Shown here: piece by piece, positions 1 to 12,705 of the stretch | Numbering within the stretch: position 1 is the stretch's first letter | How the letters are laid out: each line of letters begins with the position of its first letter | NCBI GenBank assembly: GCA_951406725.2 | Contig: OX597821.1 | Coordinates: 90,644,001 to 90,708,000, forward strand | DNA from: Octopus vulgaris | Lineage: Eukaryota | Length of the DNA: 64,000 bases | Direction: 5' to 3' | The notes under the pieces: generated by a model | Told to the model about the DNA's origin: nothing | The model's database searches: none | The model's input: the letters and a program-made list of their open reading frames with translations, nothing else | Program-made: the position numbers and the translations under genes

Positions 1-178
1 GAGAGAAGAGAGAGATAGACAGACATATAGATAGACAGACAGACAGACAGATAAATAGATAGATAGATTGATGGATAGATAGATAGATAGATAGATAGAT
101 AGCTAGATAGATAGATAGATGGATGGCTAGGTTGATAAATAAACACACACATAGATAGATAAATAGACAGACGGCCAT

Positions 179-210
<32 letters not shown>

Positions 211-372
211 GCAGACAGACATACGGACAGACAGATGGATTGATGGATGGATGGATTGATGGATGGACGGATGGACGGACGGACGGATGGACGGATGTAT
301 AGATAGACAGTTAGGTAGATAGATAGATAGACAGACAGACAGGTAGGTAGGCAGGCAGACACATACATACAT
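1..372. repeat. Compound tetranucleotide microsatellite (GATA/GACA/GATG/GACG)n
   Basis: Directly visible tandem tetramers. Confidence 0.95.
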
Positions 373-1270
373 ATTGAAATGAAAAGCAGGAATGAAGGGG
401 ACAAAGTTAGAATGGAAAGTCACAGAAGTTGATGCTAAATAATGTGAAGAATGGAAAAAGAGAGAGGGAGAGAAAAAGTGCAAGATATTGGGAGTAATAT
501 TGAGATGACTCAGTATAATTTGTCGTTTATAAATACTAGTTCTGTATTGTTTTTTTCTCTGGTAAATTCTTCATTTTGTTGTTTTTATTCTTAATATTCT
601 TGTTGTTGGTGTAAACAATTATAAGGGAAAGTGAAAGTAAGCCAACGTCATTTGGAAAGAAATAGATCAAAGGCAAAGAAGGAAGGAAGCAAAATCAACA
701 ACAGTGACAACAACAACAACAACAACAGCAGCAACAACATCAACAGCAGCAACAACAAACAGAAGAATGATATCTGAGAAATGAACAAATACTAAAAAGA
801 ATTCATGAGAAAAAGATAAAAAAATGAAGCAAAAGTAAAACACAAAAAAAATAAACAGAATGAAAGGAGAGAAGAAGGACTGAAAGAATATAGGGAAAGA
901 AGTAAAATGATTATGGAGATTTCTAGAAATATGACCCCCCCCCCCCCCTGCAGCGCCCGTCACAACACAAAAACAGAAAAAGATAAGTGGAGGAAGAATT
1001 TGCTACAAAATTTTATAAAAGTATAAGAAAAATGTTGGAATGTCTTAGGATCTAAGAAGCACAACAAACAAAAACTATCAGGAAGTGACCTGGTAATTAT
1101 TAGGATCAAATGTGCCACTATTTTGTCAATCAATACAACTTAAATTCATATCAATCTCAGCCAGAAGTTATTTGATATATGCTTATACACACACATACAC
1201 ACACACACACATACATGCAAGCGTGCACACATACACTCACACACATTTATATGTATGTATGATCTAGCTA

Positions 1271-1662
1271 GTGGAGGCGCAATGGCCCAGTGGTTAGGGC
1301 AGCGGACTCGCGGTCGTAGGATCGCGGTTTCGATTCCAAGACCGGGCATTGTGAGTGTTTATTGAGCGAAAACACCTAAAAGCTCCACGAGGCTCCGGCA
1401 GGGGATGGTGGTGAACCCTGCTGTACTCTTTCACCACAACTTTCTCTCACTCTTTCTTCTTCTTTCTGTTTCTGTTGTACCTGTATTTCAAAGGGCCAGC
1501 CTTGTCACACTCTGTGTCACGCTGAATCTCCTCAAGAACTACGTTAAGGGTACACGTGTCTGTGGAGTGCTCAGCCACTTACATGTTAATTTCACGAACG
1601 GGCTGTTCCGTTGATTTGGATCAACCAGAACCCTCGTCGTCGTAACCGACGGAGTGCTTCCA
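1271..1662 (+). mobile_element. tRNA-derived SINE, head A + tail 1, full length
   Basis: A box TGGCCCAGTGG and B box GTTTCGATTCC; near-identical copy at 38975-39360; flanked by an ~80-bp direct duplication. Confidence 0.9.
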
Positions 1663-1974
1663 TTCCATACACACACATACACACATACATGCAAGCATGC
1701 ACACATACACTTACACACATTTATATATATGTATGATCTAGCCCTCATCATATCAAGGAGATGACTGCTTCTGCCACTGGCACCACACCCTCACGCCAAT
1801 GCCAACACCAAGAATGGGAAACTAATACTGATGAAAATGCAACATGAAGGGAAACCTAATTTTACTGTTGCTGCTCATCCTCCTCCTGTTCCCCCCACTA
1901 CTACTGCTGCTGCTGCAGATGCTGCTGCTGCTATGACTGCTATGGCTACTACAGCAACTAATAATAATGCTTTC

Positions 1975-2955
1975 TACTGGAAGCACATGGCCTGAAATTT
2001 TGGGGAAGGGATTAAGTTGATTACATCAACCCCAGTGTGTAACTGGTACTCATTTAATTGGTCCCGAAAAGATAAAAGGCAAAATTGACCTCGGCAGAAT
2101 TTGAACTCAGAACATAGCAGCTGACAAAAAACTGCTAAGCATTTCACCCGCTGTGCTAACAACTCTACCACAACTAATAACAATCATCATCATTATAATA
2201 ATAATGGTTTCAAATTTTACAACAAGGGCAGGATTTTGGGGGTAGGAGAAAAGTCAACCCCAGGGTTCAACTGGTACTTATTTTATTGACCCGGCAATGA
2301 TTAAAGTCAAAGTCGACTTTGGTGGAATTTGAACTCAAAACAACATGACAGATGAAATACCGATATGCATTTTGCCCAATGTGCTAACAATTCTGCCAGC
2401 TCACTGATGAATATATTGAATATTCTTTCGACTCTAGGCACAAGGCCCGAAATTTCGGGGGAGGGGTGGCAGTCGAGTAGATCGACCCTAGTATGCAACA
2501 GGTGCTTAATTTATCGACCCCGAAAGGATTAAAGGCAAAGTTGACCGCAGCAGAATTTGAACTCAAAAAATGCTGCTATGCATTTTCGCGGGTGTGCCAA
2601 TGATTCTACCAGTTCACTGTCATGATGATGATGATGATGATGATGACGATGACGATGATGATGGTGATGATGATGACGACAATGACAATGACAATGATGA
2701 TGATGATGGTGATGATGAGGAGGAGGGGAATGATAATGATGATTCTCTCTGCTATAGGCAAAAGGCCCAATATTTTAGAAAATGGGACTACTCGATTAAA
2801 TCAACCCCAGTACTTGAGTGATACTTATGTTATCAACCCTCGGAAATGGAACGGTAAAGTTGGCATTGACAGAACTTGAACTCAGAACATAAAAACTTCT
2901 GAAATACAGCCTTAGCATTTTGTCTAGCATACTAACGATTTTACCAGTTTGCTGC
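1975..2955 (-). mobile_element. Cluster of four Deu/Nin-domain-type SINE copies (approx. 1975-2168, 2205-2405, 2425-2620, 2745-2955)
   Basis: Reverse complement of GAGTTCAAATTCCGCCGAGGTCGACTTTGCCTTTCATCCTTTCGGGGTCGATAAATTAAGTACCAG, a motif recurring more than 15 times in the window. Confidence 0.85.
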
Positions 2956-2958
2956 TTC

Positions 2959-3011
<53 letters not shown>

Positions 3012-3022
3012 TGATGATAATA

Positions 3023-3065
<43 letters not shown>

Positions 3066-3097
3066 CGATGACGATGACGACGACGACGATGATGACA

Positions 3098-3136
<39 letters not shown>

Positions 3137-3280
3137 GTGATGGTGATGGTGATGATGATGATGATGATGATGGTGGTGATGGTGGTGATGATGATGATGA
3201 TGATGATGATGGTGATGGTGATGGTGATGATGGTGATGATGATGATGATGATGACGATGACGACGACGATGATGATGACA

Positions 3281-3313
<33 letters not shown>

Positions 3314-3397
3314 CTGATGGTGATGATGATGATGATGATGATGATGATGGTGATGGTGATGATGATGAGGATGATGATGATGATGGTGATGATGATG
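2959..3397. repeat. (AAT)n-(GAT/GAC/GGT)n trinucleotide microsatellite
   Basis: Directly visible; source of the poly-N/D/M/S/I ORFs. Confidence 0.95.
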
Positions 3398-4344
3398 TTA
3401 GACCATTTATTTTTGACCAGAGAAGCCCTTATATGCAATGGAATGAAAATGCTTATAACAATCTGTCATATCTGCTCAAACAACAAATCACTGACCACAG
3501 CAAACTATACTTAATGCCCTAATATTATAAAAAGATTATGTAGCCAATATCTGTTAGCCTATATAATATAAGTATATATCTATCTATCTATCTATATATT
3601 TTTTTTTTTCCAGTTCTATAACAGCATATTATATCATGATCAATGGATCAGGTTATATGCTTTTTATTATTGTGACAATGCAGCCAAACCTGAAAAGAAG
3701 AGATTTTCCTGTTTATTCCAATGAATATCTTTGAATGCATGCAGTTGATTGAATGTGTGTGAATACAAGACAAAGAGAACATATGATAAATAAAAGAGAG
3801 GGAGAGAGAGAGAGAAGGCGAGAGAGCATGACATGTAGACATTGAGAGAGACAGACAGACAGACAGACAGAGGGAGAGAGAGAGAGAAAGAGAGTGACAA
3901 TCAGACAGCGGGAAACAGAGAGGAGCAGAGAATATATTTATATTTTACGGTATATGTGGATGCATGTGAATTTTAACAAGTTGCCCCAAGATATATTTCA
4001 AATAGACCGGATAAATCTTTGATCATTTTGTTCACATGATCTACGGTTGTAAATTCTGCAAGAATTTTCAATGCAATTTTGATTGATGATTCATTTAGTT
4101 GAAGTGAATTTCTACAAACAAACTCTAACTCACCAGATCTGTTTGTTTATTCACAGTGCATTGAAGCGTTACAACATTCTTTTGCTAAAACCTGGGGATG
4201 TCTTCTTGATCTGATAGTTAATTATTGCAATCATAATGTTTGTTTTTCAACTGAGATAATAATATTGATTATTAAGTATAAGTAGAAGACTACACATTTT
4301 CATAGAAGAGGATACATTTTGTTGTCTGTTGTTGTTGTTGTTAT

Positions 4345-4555
4345 TAGCAGGATGATCCGTTAGCATGCCAGGTAAAAAGTTGAGCGGCATTTTGTTTGTC
4401 TTTATGTTCTGTGTTCAAATACTGCTCAGGTCAACTTTGCCTTTTAACCTTTCATGGTCAATAAAATTAAGCACCATTTGAGATCAGGGGTTGATTCAAT
4501 CAATTTACCCCATCACCTGAACGTCCTGGCCTTGTGCCAAAATTTGAAATCAATA
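4345..4555 (+). mobile_element. Degenerate Deu/Nin-type SINE
   Basis: GTTCAAAT...GTCAACTTTGCCTTT...GTCAATAAAATTAAGCACCA. Confidence 0.7.
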
Positions 4556-5073
4556 TTATTATTATTGAGTGAGAAAGCAATGCATGCCATCAAGTTGACA
4601 CTGGGGTACAAATATATGACAGTACATGACCTTGCATGTGGGGGCCCAGTTAGAATTTTCTTCCAGTCGAGTAGCCCATTCAGCTCAAAAGGTCCCTGAA
4701 TACGGTTTGTTTAAGGATGATGAATAAAACATCCCTGTTTCCAGGGGTGAATTATTCAAACTTCTATGACACTTCTCCACTATTTCTATTCATGGTCAGA
4801 GATGCATATAACATCAACCATAGTTAAGAGGATTATATATGACTATATTATCACCTTCTTTCTAGATTATTCAAGGGTCAAAGGGCAAGCAAAACCAGTT
4901 CTACAACACATATAGTTCCCATTGTCCACAACTTCTAAGTCCAGCTTGTGCTCTAGCACCTGATCTATTTGTATTAGAAAATCCCACAGGATTTTGCAGG
5001 TTTCTGACTCCCCCCCCCCCTATTTGGTTTGTACTCATAACACATCTTGCCTTCCTCTTGACCCCACTTTTAA

Positions 5074-5294
5074 CCCTTTCATTACCAACCCGGCTGAAAC
5101 CGGCTCTGGCTCTTTAGTACAAATGTCTGGTTTTCAAAAGTTCTGAATTAAAACCTTCCACCAAACCTTAGTCACAATTTATGTCCCTAACTCTAGCTTA
5201 ATGATAACGATGTTATTTTACTTAATTCTTTGTTATATTTAACATAATTGGAAGAAACACAGAGCATCTCAAAATAAATTCAGTAACAAAAGGG
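5074..5294. mobile_element. piggyBac-type MITE, family 2
   Basis: TTAA|CCCTTTC...AAAAGGG termini; decayed relative at about 45290-45535. Confidence 0.7.
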
Positions 5295-5624
5295 TTTCCA
5301 ATATAGCACTTTTGCTACCACACTGTGTTGCTCAACTTTCAGTGGATGGGGGCAAATCTAGGAGACTCATTCATGATATGGACAATGGTTTCATCCACCC
5401 AATCACAAATGCAGCACAGTGGAGACACATGCTCAATCCAAAGGCTGACCCACTAATTTATGGCCAAAGCTTGGCCACAAAAAACACTTATGTTTTCCAG
5501 CAACTTCAGCTGTGGCTACATGAAACTGATTGTGTAGTCTCTCATTGTGTAGTGCTTCTTCATGTCCTTTTCTCACTTCTTGTTTTGTATTTGCATTTTT
5601 CCTCTTATTATTATCATTATTAAG

Positions 5625-5840
5625 ACAGCAAACGGATGCAACTGTTAACATGCAGGACAAAATGCTTAATGGCATTTCACAAATCTTCATGATTGGAGTT
5701 TAAATTCTGCTAAAGTCAACTTTGACTTTCATCCTTTCAGGGTTGGTAAAATAAGTACCAGTTGAACACTGGGGTCGGTGTAATCGGCTTAGCCCCCTAC
5801 CCCAAAATTACTGCCCTTGTGCCATAATTTAAAACCATTA
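5625..5840 (+). mobile_element. Deu/Nin-type SINE
   Basis: CTTTCATCCTTTCAGGGTTGGTAAAATAAGTACCAG core. Confidence 0.75.
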
Positions 5841-5978
5841 CTATTATTATTTATATGTCTGTAGTAGGGAGTCCAGGCTTCTTTCTCTCCATTCAAGAGT
5901 TTGTTCAAAATACAAGATTTGTATACACTTATTTGAGCTTTCAAACTGACATGTTGTTCGTCACAAAAATAAACTACT

Positions 5979-6213
5979 ATGATGATGATGACGATGATGA
6001 CGATGATGACGATGATGATGATGATGACGATGATGACGACGACGACGATGATGATGATGATGATGACGATGATGCTAATGCTGCTGATGCTGCTGCTGAT
6101 GATGATGAGGATGACGATGACGATGATGATGATGATGATGAAGATGATGAAGATGAAGACGATGATGATAATAAAAAAATGATGACGACGACGACGATGA
6201 TGATGATGATGAA

Positions 6214-6246
<33 letters not shown>

Positions 6247-6419
6247 AACGATGATGATTATGATGATGATGATGATGATGATGATGAAGATGAAGACGAT
6301 GATGATAATAAAAAATGATGACGACGATGATGATGAAGATGATGATGATGATAATGACGATGATGATGATGATGAAGATGATGATGATGATGATGACGAT
6401 GATGATGATGATGATGATG
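5979..6419. repeat. (GAT/GAC/GAA)n microsatellite
   Basis: Directly visible. Confidence 0.95.
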
Positions 6420-6803
6420 GAATCAACAACATCAAGAAAAACAGTAAAAAGTTTACACCGTTTTTGATTTTATGATGCACTGAAGATCAAATGAAAATTA
6501 TTGATGCACTTCACATGGTATCTTACAAGAAATTAAAAACAAAATATATGGCGTTTTAAAATTGAATATTGGAAAGCAAAATAAAAAACCTATTGCCTAC
6601 TTTGTTTTACCAATCATACTTGTGTTTAAGAAAATTTATGAATAACTCATTGTTGAAAATTCTGAAGTATTAATATAGATTTACTAAAGGGTTATGTGTT
6701 GTGTGTTAAGGTGTCCCCAGCTTACCTAGTAATCAAATGTGACATTCCTGTGAGCCACAATATAATCTAAGCTGTACAATTTTAGTTTTATTTTTTATTT
6801 CTC

Positions 6804-7197
6804 ACTTTTACTTGTTTCAGTCATTTGACTGCGGCCATGCTAGAGCACTGCCTTTAGTTGAGCAAATCGCCCCCAGGACTTATTCTCTGGAAGCCTAGTA
6901 CTTATTCTATCGGTCTCTTTTGCTGAACCACTTGGTTACGGGGATGTAAACACACCACCATTGGTTATCAAGCAACGTTGGGGGACAAACACAGACACAC
7001 AAACATATACACACACATACATATATATATATATGATGGGATTCTTTCAGTTTCCATCTACCAAATCCACTCACAAGGCTTTGGTCGTACCGAGGCTATA
7101 GTAGAAGACACTTGCCCAAGGTGCCACGCAGTGGGAATGAACCTGGAACTATGTGGTTGGTAAGCAAGCTACTTACCACACAGCTACTCCTGCGCCT
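6804..7197 (-). mobile_element. CORE-type tRNA-derived SINE with internal (TA)/(TG) microsatellite, full length
   Basis: Head AGGCGCAGGAGT(G/A)GCTGTGTGGTAAG, CORE-like CCTTGGGCAAGT, tail GAAACAAGTAAAAG; about 10 copies in the window. Confidence 0.9.
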
Positions 7198-7499
7198 ATA
7201 GTTAATCAAAATAAGATATTTAGTCACTGAGAGTGCACTACAAATAAACGAGGGGTTGGTGCTATGATTTTATGAGAGCTAACCATTTTGCTTTTGCACC
7301 AGGCGTAATCCAGCCTAAATGTTCTCCCTGTTTCCTGTTAAAACTGGCCAGATCGAGCCTCTCACACTTATGCTACAATGCCATTGTTAAAATAAACAAT
7401 CACATCATCAACACCTTGAAGCAATGGGATAATGCATGATTGATTTGTGGCCAAAGCTTGGTCTTGCTCTGCAAGTAGAGTACTCTCAGTCTCACTTTC

Positions 7500-7857
7500 C
7501 ACGGGTTGGATGGTTCGACCGGGGTCTGGGAAGCCAGGGGCTGCACCAGGCTCCAGTCTGATCTGGTAGAGTTTCTATAGCTGGATGCCCTTCCTAACGC
7601 CAACCACTCCGTGAGTGTAGTGGGTGCTTTTGATGTGCCACCCTAACCCCCTGGCACCTGTGCAGGTGGCACATAAAAAGCACCCACTACACTCACGGAG
7701 TGGTTGGCGTTAGGAAGGGCATCCAGCTATAGAAACTCTGCCAGATCAGACTGGAGCCTGGTGCAGCCCCTGGCTTCCCAGACCCCGGTCGAACCGTCCA
7801 ACCCGTGCTAGCATGGAAAATGGACGTTAAACGATGATGATGATGATGATGATGATG
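7500..7857 (+). mobile_element. Meta-domain-type SINE with a fold-back inverted duplication (arms 7500-7642 and 7665-7807) and a (GAT)n tail
   Basis: GGCGTTAGGAAGGGCATCCAGC Meta-like motif; 3' end GGACGTTAAACGATGATG; the 143-bp arms differ at 3 positions. Confidence 0.9.
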
Positions 7858-8397
7858 TTGAACTAATGACAATTATTAATTTAGCAATGCAAAATAAAGA
7901 GGTTGCTGACATCACAAATATACATGCATATAGACATACATGCATACAGATAAACATACATATATGTATATATGTATAGATGTATGTGTATATCTATGTA
8001 TGCGTAGTATTCTGGAGAGGATTAAGAGAGGTCTTATGCTAAAGCGTTTCATACTACTCACAGATTTACAGCATGGATTGAGTGGAGTTATCATATGTAC
8101 ATTAAGTATGGTTTAGCCTAGTTTCTAACTTCAAAAATTAACTTGCTCTTATATATAACCTATCACCCAATCCTCTTGCAGATTCTGCCAGCATCTTTGC
8201 ATGATATCGCTGACTTTGACAGCTATTATCTGCCAAACTTGTTTGATTTTTGCTTCATCAGTTTGCAGTCAACCATTATGCAAATATTTTGCTGTGTTCT
8301 GAAGAAGACTAGCATTTCATAAGTTCCCTCTCTGTTTCTCCTTCTTTCTCTCTCTATACACACACATGCACACACACACATATACATACATATATAT

Positions 8398-8456
<59 letters not shown>

Positions 8457-8646
8457 CACATATATATTCTCACATTCAGGTGTACACATATATTATGAGT
8501 ATATAATATATAAGTGTATATGTATATATGTATGTATGTATAGTGAGAGAGATTGTTGTAAGTATATGCATGCATATTAAGAAATTGACCCCAAAATTAA
8601 ATGTTTAACACTAATGTAAAATGAATTACACACACGCACATACACA

Positions 8647-8687
<41 letters not shown>

Positions 8688-8986
8688 CTACTTATACTAT
8701 CAATACATGTCAAATGAGCAACACAAAATCCACGGCTCCATACTTTGAAATTACAAAACATGAACTACTATTTGAACTTATACACCATGTACAGGAAACT
8801 TTTTACCACTTTTATACACCACTTTGCTCAAATAAGGGAACTGCATCTACAACAGCTTTATATATTTTGTATCTTTATTTCTACTTTCATTCTCTTATTT
8901 CTTTCTACATTCCCTATCTCCTCTTTTTCCATAACAATTCCTTATTTCGAACTCAAATATTTACCTCTATTTAACTATCTCACATT

Positions 8987-9034
8987 GTCTTTGATGAAGA
9001 AATATCCTTATTATCACAGAAACAGCTGTAAAAC
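8987..9034 (+). ncRNA. Decayed type I hammerhead ribozyme in the upstream pLTR
   Basis: GTCT-TTGATGA-stem II (mismatched)-GAAA-CAGCTG-TA-AAAC. Confidence 0.65.
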
Positions 9035-9182
9035 TATATCTATATCTTTATCCTCAACTTTGAGTCTATCATAGCAGCCTCTAATAAAAAAAAATCTTTC
9101 TCTCTATTATCAAAACTCACACTATAATGACTCTGAATACACAAGCGCCCAACATATACACAGCTCCAGCATTGAACCCCAT

Positions 9183-9908
9183 ATGTTAGACCACAACCAT
9201 AACCCAATCTATCCTATTAACACTATCCAGAATACTGCCACAACTTCTACCACCGTTACAGGTAGAATAATTAACAACAAAGATAGCAATAATAATGATA
9301 TAAGTAATAATAATACTCATAACTTAGACTTTTCTACCCCCATCTGTAACCTCTCCTCTGACAGTATTACCTCCTCCATTCCTGAAAATAATTCCCAAAA
9401 TACATCCATTTGTAACTGCCATCTTAGGTCTATCTGCTGTCTACAAACCTTTTCTAGAAGATCTAATGTAATTTACAAATGCACTGTCCTTGACACATTA
9501 CACAATTGTACAGCTATATATATATATATATATATATATATAGGTTCAACCATAAATTTTAAACAGCCATATGCTACTCATCTCAATTCTTTTAGATACG
9601 AGAAATACAGTAAATCCACAACACTTGCCAGTCACATACATCATCTCGAAAATAGAAATATTCCCTACATTTTGTCATGGTCCATAATGGATTCAAGGCT
9701 TCCATACCAAGGTCAATGCTTAGCCTGCAAGTTATGCCTAAAAGAAGCACTCCACATATTAAAACACAACTCCTTGACACTACTAAATAAATATAATGAG
9801 GCCCTAAGTACATGCAACCACTGCATTTTTCATACCTTCAAATTTAACCACAAATGTAAATGCAGCCTAAATAACTACACAGCATATACCACAACACCCC
9901 TTAGGTAA
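9183..9908 (+). pseudogene. PLE GIY-YIG endonuclease domain, probably inactive
   Basis: CNCHLRSIC (CxCx5C), NVIYKCTV...YIGST..FKQ(P)Y..H..SFRYEKY..STTLASHIH.L, CKLCLKE, LLNK..E..STCNH; the conserved Arg of FKQR is Pro; no RT upstream. Confidence 0.85.
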
Positions 9909-10009
9909 TCCCCAACAACTCTACTTAACTTTCCTTTGTCTCCATTTTAATTTTTAGTCTTCAATTTTTTAACTCCTCTATCTTACCTCTATTTAACCAT
10001 CTCACATCA

Positions 10010-10056
10010 TCTCTGACGAAGGGATATCCATAATATCCCAGAAACAGCAGTAAGAC
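10010..10056 (+). ncRNA. Minimal type I hammerhead ribozyme in the downstream pLTR
   Basis: TCT-CTGACGA-A-GGGATAT/ATATCCC (perfect 7-bp stem II)-A-GAAA-CAGCAG-TA-AGA. Confidence 0.85.
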
Positions 10057-10131
10057 TACATCTATATCTTTTCCCTTATAAATGTCCTGAAAACTCCTCA
10101 CTGCCTTGGCTTTGTTGTCTCATTTTGTCTA

Positions 10132-10205
<74 letters not shown>

Positions 10206-10390
10206 ATGTATGTATATATGTATGTATAGATAGATAGATATTTACAACTACTTATAGCTATTTATAGCTATTCAATACTATTTAATACCTGTTAGTCATC
10301 TATATTATTGATTAATTATATTTATCATAGATAATATTAGCAATAAGGATATCTTTATGAATATTCAAATTTGAATATTCTATTCATAAC

Positions 10391-10439
<49 letters not shown>

Positions 10440-10440
<1 letters not shown>

Positions 10441-10823
10441 TAGCAGTATCGCCCGGCGTTGCTCAGGTTTGTAAGGGAAATAACTATAAAGCATTTTTAG
10501 AGAGTTATAGCCAAAAAATAGCAAAAAAATGGAAAAAAATGATGGTAAATTTTTTTTGAGATTTAAAAAAGGTAGAGTTGCGTCCCCTAGACAGTTTGTG
10601 GTTCGTATTCCTAATTCTCGACCCCATGTCGAATTTATTGATTTTTTTCAGAACTGGGGGAACTTTTCAAAATTTTCGCTGCGTTAGTTTTGAATTATGA
10701 CATTGGGCTATGTGTGTGTCAAGTTTCATCAGAATCGGTTGAAAGCCGTGGTCAGGGTGAGAGTACAAGCAAACAGACACACAGAAACACGCACAGACAA
10801 ACTGCCGTTTATATATAGAGAGA
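10440..10823 (-). mobile_element. Non-autonomous Helitron
   Basis: On the minus strand it begins TC after A and ends with a GC-rich hairpin (CCTGAGCAACGCCGGG) followed by CTAG then T; no TSD; inserted in (TA)n. Confidence 0.8.
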
Positions 10824-11269
10824 TATATATGAAAAAGTACTTATGCATTTATTCAGATATTACTTTTAAAAAATGCATTATTAGTCTTTTAAAAACCATA
10901 TACTTAAAAGGCTAGAATTTAACTGATTTTAGAGACATGATGTACTATATTGTTGACATGGGTGAATACGTCAGAGTTAAAAAAATTTTCTGACTAGAAA
11001 TCTGATGAGACGCAATGAGACTGGAATGTGACACAACAAGCGACATACTCATATGTACTCCCTAAGGGATTTTAATTGATAATGAGATATGCATTGTCAT
11101 ATGGCAAAGGTGCATGTATACCTTATATTTGTCTGTGTTTCTAGTTACAGATCAGTTTTGCCCCTATGTGGAGGGCAATTCTCAAGTTGCCATGTATGTA
11201 ACATTTTGGTTCTGAATTTGTGTGCGTGTGTGTGTGTGCATGTGTCTCAATACATGCATGCATATAAAG

Positions 11270-11455
11270 GCATCAAGCTGGCAGAAACATTAGCACACCA
11301 GGTGAAATGCTTAGCGGCATTTCGTTTGTCTTTACATTCTGAGGTCAACTTTGCCTTTCATTCTTTCGGGGCTGATAAATTAAGTACCAGTTACATACTG
11401 ATCTCAATCTAATCGACTGGCCCCTCCTTCAAAATTGTTCCTGCCGTTGAAAAGA
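11270..11455 (+). mobile_element. Deu/Nin-type SINE
   Basis: GCTGGCAGAAACATTAGC head; GATAAATTAAGTACCAG core. Confidence 0.8.
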
Positions 11456-11473
11456 ATACATGCATGCATATAA

Positions 11474-11613
11474 CATCATCATCATCACCATCATCCTTAT
11501 CATCATCATCATCATCATCACCATCATCCTTATCATCATCATCAACATCATCATCATCATCATCATCATCATCCTCATCATCATCAACATCATCATCATC
11601 ATCATCATCATCA

Positions 11614-11646
<33 letters not shown>

Positions 11647-11796
11647 TCATCATCACCATCATCATTATCATCATCATCCTCTTCATCATCATCATTATCA
11701 TCAGCATCACCCTTGTCATCATCGTCATCATCATCATTATCATCGTCATCATCATCCTTGTTGTCACCATCATCATCATCATCATCATCATCATCA
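11474..11796. repeat. (CAT/CGT)n microsatellite
   Basis: Directly visible. Confidence 0.95.
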
Positions 11797-12392
11797 GTTA
11801 AAGTCCAAGTTCTATGCTAGTGCAAGTCGAATGGTTTGACAGGATTCAATGTGTCCAGGGACCATATTGTACTTCAGTGTCTGCGTTTGCATGGTTGCTA
11901 TGGCTTTGATACCCTTTCTAATGCCAATTAGTTTACAGTGAGTACTGGATGATTTTCCCATGTCACTAGCATTAATGAGGTTGCCACACAGATGTTCTAG
12001 CAGATGAGGGTTAAGGTATAAAAGAAGTGGGGTGGGACAGGGTAAGTTATACTTGTAAGAGTGTTTCAGGGGTACTTACATTTAGGAGAGAGTTAGAGAT
12101 AAATCAGTAGCATCTGCAAAGAGACATATAGGGGTGGTGAGCTGTCCAGATGGCACCTCAGGGCACGAGAAGGGTAGGAGTCAGTGGAGGACACAGAAAT
12201 TGGGAATTGGTGGGAGTTTGTAAGAGTATATGGGGGAGAAGAAGTAGAGAGAATGAGTTAGGGGAAGCAGCTATTTCTTACAGATTATATGACATAGCAG
12301 GGTGGATGAAGAAATTGGCGATTGCCAATAGTGCCTGAATTGGGGAGGTATAGGGATACAAGAAGAAAGCAGTAACAGAGTAATTATTGACA

Positions 12393-12705
12393 GTGAAGGC
12401 ACACGGCTTATTGGTTAAGGCATTCGGCACACGAGTGTAAGGTTGTGAGTTCAATTCCCGGAGACACGTTGTGTCTTTGAGCAAGACACTTTATTTCAAG
12501 TTGCTTCAGACCACTCACTTGGCAAAAATGAGTAGTACCTGTATTTCAATGAGCCAGCCTTGTCACACTCTGTGTCACGCTGAATCTCCCTGAGAACTAC
12601 ATTAGTGGTACACATGTCTGTGGAATGCTCAGCCACTTGCACGTTAATTTCATGAGCAGGCTGTTCTGTTGACTGTATCAGCTGTCATAACTGACGGAGT
12701 GCTCC
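12393..12705 (+). mobile_element. tRNA-derived V-domain-type SINE carrying tail 1
   Basis: GAGTTCAATTCC B box; V-like TGTGTCTTTGAGCAAGACACTTTA; 3' half matches 1478-1660. Confidence 0.8.

Larger units (their letters stand above)
8961..10120 (+). mobile_element. 5'-truncated Penelope-like retroelement (Naiad-like) in partial-tandem form: pLTR, truncated ORF, pLTR
   Basis: Direct repeats 8961-9049 and 9983-10071, each with a hammerhead motif; NFESIIAASNKK linker motif at about 9055-9090; GIY-YIG domain between the repeats. Confidence 0.85.

Noticed and set aside
1271-1345. Functional tRNA genes at SINE heads and at 15578
   Set aside because: No complete cloverleaf or acceptor stem; embedded in SINE bodies or heavily mutated
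2570-6480. Long poly-Asp/Met/Ser/Ile ORFs (also 11429-11820, 20155-20982, 25166-25766, 59911-60227)
   Set aside because: Stop-free frames of trinucleotide microsatellites, open in several frames and on both strands
7641-7651. Telomeric CCCTAA in the hairpin loop
   Set aside because: Single unit, compatible with chance
8182-8322. Candidate exon after CTCTTGCAG (and similar at 32508 +, 47463 -, 3690 -)
   Set aside because: No convincing donor or recognisable protein; expected by chance in 64 kb
11000-11030. Isolated CTGATGA (also near 19192 and 45555)
   Set aside because: No stem II followed by GAAA and stem III
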